DNA from: Sporichthyaceae bacterium
GTDB lineage: Bacteria; Actinomycetota; Actinomycetes; Prado026
Direction of reading: 5' to 3'
Length of the DNA: 56,404 nucleotides
NCBI GenBank assembly: GCA_031394045.1
Contig: JANMWN010000092.1
Location: forward strand, 1-56,404
A program made the position numbers and the translations under genes. This document shows positions 18,594 through 25,581 of the stretch, in pieces. The notes beneath the pieces were generated by a model that had not been told where the DNA came from, did not search any database, and saw only the letters and a list, made by a program, of their open reading frames with translations. The first letter of the stretch is position 1. Every line of letters starts with the position of its first letter.

Positions 18594-18637
18594 GACGTGT
18601 CGGTTGTTGTTGCCCCAACAACCACGATCGACACGTC
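18594..18637. terminator. 44-nt compound hairpin between convergent genes
   Basis: Outer 8-bp stem 18594..18601 with 18630..18637 (gacgtgtc/gacacgtc). Inner 8-bp stem 18602..18609 with 18616..18623 (ggttgttg/caacaacc), loop ttgccc, and a 6-nt bulge. No U-tract on either side. Confidence 0.45.
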
Positions 18638-18654
18638 CTTGGCTCAGCCCCGGG

Positions 18655-19500
18655 CTAGTTCGGGCGGCCGGCCAGGACAGCGAGCTGAGCCGCGACAACA
18701 GCAGCCATTGCGTCGCGGCCGGGTGCCAGGTACTTGCGCGGGTCGACGACGGCGGGCTGGGCGGCGAGCCTGGCGCGTACCTCGGCGGTGAAGGCGATGT
18801 TGAGCGCAGTCCCGATGTTGACCTTGACCATGCCTGCGGCGACCGCGGCCCGCAGCTCATCGTCGGGGACCCCCGAGGACCCGTGCAGCACGAGCGGGAC
18901 GGGCAGCGCCGCCCGCAGTCGCGCGACGAGAGCGAGGTCCAGCGCGGCGGTCCGGTCGATCATCGCGTGCGAGCTGCCGACCGCGACGGCGAGGGCGTCC
19001 ACCCCGGTGACCGCGACATAGGCGGCGGCCTCGTCGGGGTCGGTGCGTACGCCCGGAGCGTGCGCACCGTCCTTGCCCCCGACCGCCCCGAGCTCGGCCT
19101 CCACCCAGAGACCGTGCGCATGACCCCACTCCGCGGCGGCGCGGGTCGCGGAGACGTTGTCGGCGTACGCCAGCAGGGATGCGTCGTACATCACCGAGCT
19201 GAAGCCGTGCAGGTCCGCCTGGTGCAGCAGGTCGTCGTCCTGCACGTGGTCCAGGTGCAGGGCGACCCGCGCCGACGAGGCGTACGCGACCGCGAGGCAG
19301 CCAGCGGCCAGGGGTCCGAGCCGGCCACCGTGGAACCTCACCGCGTTCTCGCTCACCTGCACGATGACCGGCAGCCCCGCGGCCTCCGCGCCGGCGGCGA
19401 TGGCCTCCGCGTGCTCGAGGGTGATCGCGTTGAAGGCCCCGACGGCGCGGCCGGCCGCCTGGGCCTGTGCGACCAGCTCCACGGTCGTGGCCAGCGGCAT
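18655..19500 (-). CDS. class II ketose-bisphosphate aldolase (GatY/KbaY/Fba family)
   Basis: 281 aa from ATG 19500. Motifs GAFN, HLDH, ELG.VGG, GSSHA, LVLHGSSG. The start overlaps the GH4 stop (TGATG). Confidence 0.85.
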   Translation of the reverse strand: MPLATTVELVAQAQAAGRAVGAFNAITLEHAEAIAAGAEAAGLPVIVQVSENAVRFHGGRLGPLAAGCLAVAYASSARVALHLDHVQDDDLLHQADLHGFSSVMYDASLLAYADNVSATRAAAEWGHAHGLWVEAELGAVGGKDGAHAPGVRTDPDEAAAYVAVTGVDALAVAVGSSHAMIDRTAALDLALVARLRAALPVPLVLHGSSGVPDDELRAAVAAGMVKVNIGTALNIAFTAEVRARLAAQPAVVDPRKYLAPGRDAMAAVVAAQLAVLAGRPN

Positions 19501-20807
19501 CAGAGGGTGACCGGTGCTCGCAGCGCCTCGGGCAGCAGGTCGCCGTGCGCGGCGGTCATCGCGTCGCACAGATCCCAGATCTGGTCGACGGTCAGGCTTG
19601 CCGCGGCATTCGGGTCGATCATCGCGGCGTTGCGTACCAGCCTGGCGTCACCGGTCACCGCGGCCAGCACGGTGAGCTCGCCGACGCTGACGAACGAGCG
19701 GTTCAGCGCCGCGCACTGCAGCGGGAGGGCCCCCACGTGGATCGGGTGCACGCCCATCTCGTCGACCGCGCACGGCACCTCGACGGCATAGTCCTGCGGC
19801 AGGTTGGTGATCAGACCGGTGTTCCGGACGTTGCCGAAGATGGTCCGCTTGGTCCCCGTCTCCATGGAGTGGATGACCTGCGGGGCGTACTCGGTTGAGT
19901 CGCGGTCGATGGTGAGCGGCTCGCCGGCCAGCAGACCGGCGCGGGTCGCGCTGTACTCGGCCAGGTTCTCCTCGCTGATGCGTACGTAGTCGCCGACCGG
20001 GATGCGCAGCCGCTCCACCTCGGTGTCGTGGTGGAGGTAGAACGGCAGGTACTCGGAGGAGTGCTCGCTGGTCTCGGTCGGGTAGTAGCCCAGCCGTCGG
20101 TACATGTCCACGCGGACCCGGCGACGCAGTTCGGGATCTGCCGCGATCCGCACGTCCAGCAACGGGTACAGGCTCCGGCCCTCGCGCTCCCACCGCAGCA
20201 CCCACGCCTGGTGGTTGACCCCGGCGGACCAGTACGAGACCTCCTCGAACGGGACCTCGATCACCTCGCACAGGCCACGGATGGTCCAGTAGACGGAGTG
20301 GCACAGCCCCACGACCTTGAGCCGCGGCGCCACCGATGCGAGGTACGCCACGTTCATCGCCATCGGGTTGGTGTAGTTGAGCAACCAGGCGTCCGGGCAG
20401 ATCTCCAGCATGTCGGCGGCGATCCCCGCCAGGACCGGGAAGGTCCGCAGCCCACGGAAGATCCCGCCGACGCCGATGGTGTCGCCGATCGTCTGCCGCA
20501 ACCCGAACGAAGCGGGAACCTCGATGTCGGTGACGGTGGACGCGTGCATGCCGACCTGGATCGAGTTGATGACGTAGTCGGCACCCTCGAGCGCTCGCCT
20601 CCGGTCCAGCGAGGTGACGATCACCGGCTTGGCGCCGAGCGCCGCCGCCGTCGCGTGCGCGATGGCCTCGGCGGTCTCCAGCCGTTCGGCGTCGATGTCG
20701 TGCAGGACGATGGTCGAGCCGGCCAGCTCCGGGAAGCCGAGGATGTCGCCGAGCAGCTCGCGAGTGAACACGACACTGCCTGCGCCGAGAAAAGTGATCG
20801 TAGCCAT
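19500..20807 (-). CDS. glycoside hydrolase family 4 (NAD+/Mn2+-dependent alpha-glycosidase)
   Basis: 435 aa from ATG 20807 (MATITFLGAGS Rossmann start), or 444 aa if it starts at 20834. GH4 motifs LNYTNPMAM and GLCHS. Confidence 0.85.
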   Translation of the reverse strand: MATITFLGAGSVVFTRELLGDILGFPELAGSTIVLHDIDAERLETAEAIAHATAAALGAKPVIVTSLDRRRALEGADYVINSIQVGMHASTVTDIEVPASFGLRQTIGDTIGVGGIFRGLRTFPVLAGIAADMLEICPDAWLLNYTNPMAMNVAYLASVAPRLKVVGLCHSVYWTIRGLCEVIEVPFEEVSYWSAGVNHQAWVLRWEREGRSLYPLLDVRIAADPELRRRVRVDMYRRLGYYPTETSEHSSEYLPFYLHHDTEVERLRIPVGDYVRISEENLAEYSATRAGLLAGEPLTIDRDSTEYAPQVIHSMETGTKRTIFGNVRNTGLITNLPQDYAVEVPCAVDEMGVHPIHVGALPLQCAALNRSFVSVGELTVLAAVTGDARLVRNAAMIDPNAAASLTVDQIWDLCDAMTAAHGDLLPEALRAPVTL

Positions 20808-20910
20808 GTCGGAAGTGTCGTGTTTCCCGGTCAAACGTGCAAGAACAGACGCAATACTCGCGCGAAGTGGACTATCCTGCGTGCACGTTCACCCCGGCCG
20901 AGAGGTTGCC

Positions 20911-21693
20911 ATGGCTCGCGTCTCGCTGCGCCGCGCCGACCGGGTCTCGGCCATCCTCGAGCGGCTGGCCGCCGAGAACTCGCTGAACGCAACCGAGCTG
21001 GCTGGCGAGTTCGGCGTCTCCGCAGCAACGCTGCGCCGCGACCTGCAGATGCTCGAGGACCAGAAGCTGCTGACCCGTACGCACGGCGGCGCGCTCGCCC
21101 AAGCCGTCGCGTACGAGCTGCCGGTGCGCTACCGCGGCGGTCAGAACCGTGAGCAGAAGCGCCGGATCGCGACCAGGGCGGCCGCACTGCTGCCCCGGGG
21201 CCCGCTGACGCTCGGCCTCACCGGCGGGACGACCACCAGCGAGGTCGCCAGGATCATCGCCGACCGGGTCGACCTCACCGTCATCACCAACGCGCTCAAC
21301 ATCGCCACCGAGCTCGCGCTGCGCCCGCGGGTCAAGATCATCATGACCGGGGGCGTGACCCGCTCGCAGTCGTACGAGCTGGTGGGACCGCTGGCCGAGC
21401 AGACGCTGCAAGGGCTGAACATCGAGGTCGCCGTCGTCGGTGTGGACGGCATCGGCGCCGAGGGCGGCCTGACCACCCACGACGAGGTGGAGGCTCACAC
21501 CAACGCCACGATGATCCGGCGCGCAGCTCGGGTGATCGTGGTCGCCGACGGGTCCAAGGTCGGTCGGGTGCTGCTCGCCCGGATCTGCCCGATCGCGGCG
21601 GTGACCGAGCTGGTGACCGACGCGACCGCCGACGAGGCAGCGCTCGAGGCCCTTCGCCGGGCCGGCATCACCGTCCACGTCATCGACGCCTGA
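20911..21693 (+). CDS. DeoR-family transcriptional regulator
   Basis: 260 aa. HTH ATELAGEFGVSAATLRRDLQMLE plus a DeoR C-terminal sugar-phosphate sensor domain. Divergent from the GH4 gene. Confidence 0.9.
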   Translation: MARVSLRRADRVSAILERLAAENSLNATELAGEFGVSAATLRRDLQMLEDQKLLTRTHGGALAQAVAYELPVRYRGGQNREQKRRIATRAAALLPRGPLTLGLTGGTTTSEVARIIADRVDLTVITNALNIATELALRPRVKIIMTGGVTRSQSYELVGPLAEQTLQGLNIEVAVVGVDGIGAEGGLTTHDEVEAHTNATMIRRAARVIVVADGSKVGRVLLARICPIAAVTELVTDATADEAALEALRRAGITVHVIDA

Positions 21694-21732
21694 CCGGCCG
21701 GATCGTGGGCGGCGGGGCCTAGCCTTGCCCGC

Positions 21733-23001
21733 GTGCCCGCCGACTCGGACCTGCGCTCGGTCCTCTCGGGCGCCGGCTTCCGGCGGCTGCTGGCCACCCG
21801 GCTGCTGAGCCAGCTCGCCGACGGGGTGCTCCAGGCCGGCCTCGCGTCATACGTCCTGTTCTCGCCGGAGAAGCAGGCGACGGGCACGCGGATCGCCGTC
21901 TCGTTCGCGGTGCTGCTGCTGCCGTACTCCGTGGTGGGGCCGTTCGCGGGCGTGCTGATCGACCGCTGGCGCAGGCGGCAGATCCTGGTGGTCGCCAACC
22001 TGGTGCGGGCGACCCTGCTGGTCCCCCTCGCGCTGCTCGTCGTCGGTGGCAACGACGGAGTGCTCTTCGTGGTCCTCGCGCTCGGCAGCCTGGGGGTGAA
22101 CCGGTTCTTCCTGTCCGCGCTGTCCGCGGCGCTGCCGCACGTCGTCCAGCCGGGCCGGCTCGTCACCGCCAACGCTCTGGCCACCACGTCCGGGACGGTC
22201 GCGGCGGCGTCCGGCGCCGGTCTAGGCCTGCTGGCCCGGGTGCTCGCCGGCAGCGGCAACGGCGAGGCGGCGGCCATCGTCGGCGCAGCCGCTGGCCTCT
22301 ACCTGCTGTCGGCCCTGCTCGCGACCCGGCTCGGCCGCGACCAGCTCGGCCCTGACGGCGTACCCGTACGCGTCACCGGCCGGTGGGCCGACGAGCTGGC
22401 CAGGGTCGGCTCTGGCGTCCGCTACCTCTACCACCGCCGGGTGGCCTGGAACGCGCTGGCGGCGCTCGGCGTCTTCCGGGTGGCGTTCGGCGTCATGACG
22501 GTGGTGATCGTGCTGCTCCAGCGGATCACCTTCCACCCGTCCACGGACGCCGACGCGGGGCTGCGCGGGGTCGCGGTGACCTTCGTCGCCGTCGCAGTCG
22601 GGGTACCGGTCGGCGCGGCGCTGACTCCTGCGGCCGTCAGGCGGTGGGGGGCCGGCTGGTGGGTGCCCGCGCTGATGGTCACGGCCGGGGTCGCGCTGCT
22701 GATCCTCGGCCTGCCGTTCCGCCCGGCCCCGCTGGTGGTCGCCGGGTTCGTCTTCGGCCTGACCGCGCAGGGGGTCAAGGTCAGCGTCGACGCGACGGTG
22801 CAGAGGACGGTCGACGACGCCCACCGTGGCTTCGTCTTCGCGCTCTACGACGTGCTCTTCAACGTGGCCTTCGTGGCGGCCGCGAGCGTTGCCGCCGCTG
22901 TGCTGCCGGCCGGCGGCCGCTCCGTACCGGTGATCGTGGCGACCTCGCTCGCACTGATCGCCGGCGGTACCTGGTACTGGCGGGTCACCCCCCGCGGCTG
23001 A
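21733..23001 (+). CDS. MFS transporter
   Basis: 422 aa, about 12 TM helices, GTG start. MFS (DUF894/EntS-like) N-terminal pattern FRRLLATRLLSQLADG. Confidence 0.8.
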   Translation: MPADSDLRSVLSGAGFRRLLATRLLSQLADGVLQAGLASYVLFSPEKQATGTRIAVSFAVLLLPYSVVGPFAGVLIDRWRRRQILVVANLVRATLLVPLALLVVGGNDGVLFVVLALGSLGVNRFFLSALSAALPHVVQPGRLVTANALATTSGTVAAASGAGLGLLARVLAGSGNGEAAAIVGAAAGLYLLSALLATRLGRDQLGPDGVPVRVTGRWADELARVGSGVRYLYHRRVAWNALAALGVFRVAFGVMTVVIVLLQRITFHPSTDADAGLRGVAVTFVAVAVGVPVGAALTPAAVRRWGAGWWVPALMVTAGVALLILGLPFRPAPLVVAGFVFGLTAQGVKVSVDATVQRTVDDAHRGFVFALYDVLFNVAFVAAASVAAAVLPAGGRSVPVIVATSLALIAGGTWYWRVTPRG

Positions 23002-23006
23002 CACCT

Positions 23007-23056
23007 CTCGTGTCCGGGCCAGGCAGCGTCGGGGCGCTAGCTGACCCGGACACGAG
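23007..23056 (+). repeat. 50-bp palindromic element, copy 1
   Basis: ctcgtgtccggg(23007..23018) pairs perfectly with cccggacacgag(23045..23056). 45/50 identical to 23591..23640 in the same orientation. Begins 6 nt after the MFS stop. Confidence 0.8.
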
Positions 23057-23187
23057 ACCGGCCCTACCGAGCGCGGTAGAGCGCAGCGCCTGCCGCAACA
23101 GTGACCAAGGGGGTTCCGAGAAACGTTGCGATCAACCAGGTCACCCTGATCCGGCGGACCACACCAGGATGCCGGCGCGGGTGGGGC

Positions 23188-23550
23188 TCAGTACCCGCCG
23201 CCGTCCGCCCGGTCGACCGCGGACACGTCGGCTACCGGGATCAGGGTCTCGGTCACTGGGTTCACCAGCCCGAGCACCGATCCCCTCGCTTCCACCCGGG
23301 TGCTCAACATGTCAACGAAGAAGGTGATTCCGAGACCGAAGAGAAGGCAGCTCGTGAGCGTCTCTCCGAGTCCAGGCTCGGGTGAAGTGCCCTCGAGATA
23401 TACGAATCCGACCAGCATCGCGACCGAACCAGCTGCGATCAGGCGCATCGCGGCGCCGCCCCACCCGAGGATGACGCGGGACCCGGCTGGCGACACCGGT
23501 GAAAGCCCCGCCGTGGCGCCATCGGGGTCGGCGGCGGGCCCCGTTGTCAC
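23188..23550 (-). CDS. small membrane protein (two TM helices, short PH-like tail), function unknown
   Basis: 120 aa (GTG 23550), or 86 aa if it starts at ATG 23448. Hand counts of four 60-nt lines give 57-68% G+C, against about 73% in a neighbouring cca line. Confidence 0.5.
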   Translation of the reverse strand: MTTGPAADPDGATAGLSPVSPAGSRVILGWGGAAMRLIAAGSVAMLVGFVYLEGTSPEPGLGETLTSCLLFGLGITFFVDMLSTRVEARGSVLGLVNPVTETLIPVADVSAVDRADGGGY

Positions 23551-23590
23551 TTACACATGATGGCGCCGGCGTCCTCATCTGCGCACGCGT

Positions 23591-23640
23591 CTCGGGTCCG
23601 GGCCACGCTGCGTCGGGGCGCTCGCTCACCCGGACACGAG
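23591..23640 (+). repeat. 50-bp palindromic element, copy 2
   Basis: ctcgggtccggg...cccggacacgag, an 11/12 stem. Lies between the small ORF start and the cca stop. Confidence 0.8.
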
Positions 23641-23668
23641 GCACCAGCTCCAGCCCGTACGCCGACGT

Positions 23669-25081
23669 CTAGGTCTGGGCGGCCCACCAGGTGCGCAGCT
23701 CGGCCTCGGCGACGGCGGGGTCCAGCGGCCCCGCGTCCAGGCGCAGCTCGAGCAGGAACCGGTACGCCCGGCCGACAACCGGCCCAGGCGGTACGCCGAG
23801 GATCGCCATGATCGCCTCGCCGTCGAGGTCGGGGCGCACTGCGGCCAGCCCCTCCTCGACCTCGAGCCGGGCGATGCGGGCCTCGAGGTCGTCGATCTGC
23901 GCCGCGAGCTCCGCGGCCCGGCGCTTGTTGCGGGTGGTGCAGTCGGCGCGGGTCAGCCGGACCAGCCGCGGCAGCAGCGGCCCCGCGTCACGGACGAACC
24001 GGCGCACCGCGGAGTCGGTCCACTCCCCGGTGCCGTACCCGTGGAAGCGCAGGTGCAGCTCGACCAGCCGGCAGACGTCGTCCGTGAGGTCGTTGCTGAA
24101 GCGCAGCGCCTGCATCCGCTTGCGGGTGATCTTGGCGCCGACCACCTCGTGGTGGTGGAAGCTCACCCCACCACCCTCCTCGAACCGGCGGGTACGCGGC
24201 TTGCCCACGTCGTGCATGAGCGAGCCGAACCGCAGCACGAAGTCCGGGCGCGGGACCGGCCCGTCAGCGTCGGTCTCGAGGTCGATGGCCTGCTTGAGGA
24301 CGGTGAGCGTGTGCTCGTACACGTCCTTGTGCCGGTGGTGCTCGTCGATCTCGAGCCGCAGCAGCGGCAGCTCGGGCAGCACCTGCGTGGCCAGGCCGGT
24401 GTCGACCAGCAGCCCCAGCCCGGCCCGGGGACCCTGGGCGCAGATCAGCTTGACCAGCTCGGCCTGGACCCGCTCGGCCGACACGATGTCGATCCGCTCG
24501 GCCATGTCGGTCATCGCCGCCACCACGTCGGGGTCGACGGTGAAGCCCAGCTGGGCGGCGAACCTGGCCGCCCGGAGCATCCGCAGCGGGTCGTCGGAGA
24601 ACGACTCCTGCGGCGTCGCCGGCGTGCGCAGGACTCGCCGTTGGAGGTCGACGAGGCCACCGTGCGGGTCGACGAAAGCGTGCCCCGGCAACGAGACCGC
24701 CATCGCGTTGACGGTGAAGTCCCGACGCAGCAGGTCACCCTCCAGCGTGTGGCCGTACGTCACCGCGGGCTTGCGCGAGGTGCGGTCGTACGCGTCAGAG
24801 CGGTAGGTCGTGATCTCGAGCCGGAAGCCGTCCTTCTGGGCCCCGACGGTGCCGAACTCGATCCCGATCTCCCACACCGCGTCGGCCCAGCCACCGAGCA
24901 GCGCGAGGATCTCCGGCGGCCGCGCCGAGGTCGTGAAGTCCAGGTCCTCGAGCCGGTCCAGCCGGCCCATGAGGGCGTCCCTGACGGTGCCCCCGACCAG
25001 GGCGATCTGGTGCCCGGCGGCTGCGAACCGGGTGCCTACCTCGTCGACAACCGGGGGCAGCGGTGCAGGAGCGGCGGACAC
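23669..25081 (-). CDS. cca: CCA-adding tRNA nucleotidyltransferase (poly(A) polymerase family, HD domain)
   Basis: 470 aa from GTG 25081. Motifs GGTVRD, DLDFTT, RRDFTVNAM and an HD region. Codons 25129..25082 have poor GC3, so the longer start was rejected. Position of Rv3907c. Confidence 0.85.
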   Translation of the reverse strand: MSAAPAPLPPVVDEVGTRFAAAGHQIALVGGTVRDALMGRLDRLEDLDFTTSARPPEILALLGGWADAVWEIGIEFGTVGAQKDGFRLEITTYRSDAYDRTSRKPAVTYGHTLEGDLLRRDFTVNAMAVSLPGHAFVDPHGGLVDLQRRVLRTPATPQESFSDDPLRMLRAARFAAQLGFTVDPDVVAAMTDMAERIDIVSAERVQAELVKLICAQGPRAGLGLLVDTGLATQVLPELPLLRLEIDEHHRHKDVYEHTLTVLKQAIDLETDADGPVPRPDFVLRFGSLMHDVGKPRTRRFEEGGGVSFHHHEVVGAKITRKRMQALRFSNDLTDDVCRLVELHLRFHGYGTGEWTDSAVRRFVRDAGPLLPRLVRLTRADCTTRNKRRAAELAAQIDDLEARIARLEVEEGLAAVRPDLDGEAIMAILGVPPGPVVGRAYRFLLELRLDAGPLDPAVAEAELRTWWAAQT

Positions 25082-25113
25082 GCGGCAAAGGGTACGGCTC
25101 GTACGATCAACCG

Positions 25114-25581
25114 GTGCAACGCCCCACACCGCCGAGCCGCCCTTGGCTCCCCACGGTGGACGAGACGTCTGCCGGAGGCCTGGTCGTCGACCACCGGGGC
25201 AGCGGCGCGTGCGGAGCCGTCATCGCCAGGCGCAGCCGACGCGGCCAGCTCGAGTGGGTCCTGCCCAAGGGGCACCTGGAAGGTGGCGAGACCTCCGAGG
25301 TTGCGGCGGTGCGAGAGGTCGAGGAGGAGACCGGGATCCTCGGGCAGGTCGTCGGCCGGCTCGGCGCCGTCGACTACTGGTTCGTCGCGCAGGAGCAGCG
25401 CATCCACAAGACCGTCCACCACTACCTGCTCGAGCGGGTCAGCGGCGAGCTCTCCGACGCCGATGTCGAGGTCGTCGAGGTCGCCTGGGTCCCCCTCGCG
25501 GAGGTGGCCACCCGGCTGGCGTACACCGACGAGCGCGCGCTCGCGATCCGCGCGGTCGACCTGCTGGGCGAGGGTCGATGA
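25114..25581 (+). CDS. Nudix hydrolase
   Basis: Nudix box GHLEGGETSEVAAVREVEEETG. Start uncertain: GTG 25114 or GTG 25156, with the ORF opening at 25063. Position of Rv3908 (mutT4). Confidence 0.8.
   Translation: MQRPTPPSRPWLPTVDETSAGGLVVDHRGSGACGAVIARRSRRGQLEWVLPKGHLEGGETSEVAAVREVEEETGILGQVVGRLGAVDYWFVAQEQRIHKTVHHYLLERVSGELSDADVEVVEVAWVPLAEVATRLAYTDERALAIRAVDLLGEGR

Noticed and set aside
23101-23385. ORF 23101..23385 (+, 94 aa).
   Set aside because: It is antisense to the small two-TM ORF, has no TM or domain pattern, and its codon third positions are not GC-enriched.
10890-23640. Carbohydrate island plus MFS and small ORF as a mobile genomic island.
   Set aside because: There are no mobility genes, no tRNA-associated direct repeats at its borders, and the G+C looks like the rest of the window except around 23057..23590. 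It is treated as an accessory metabolic insertion only.
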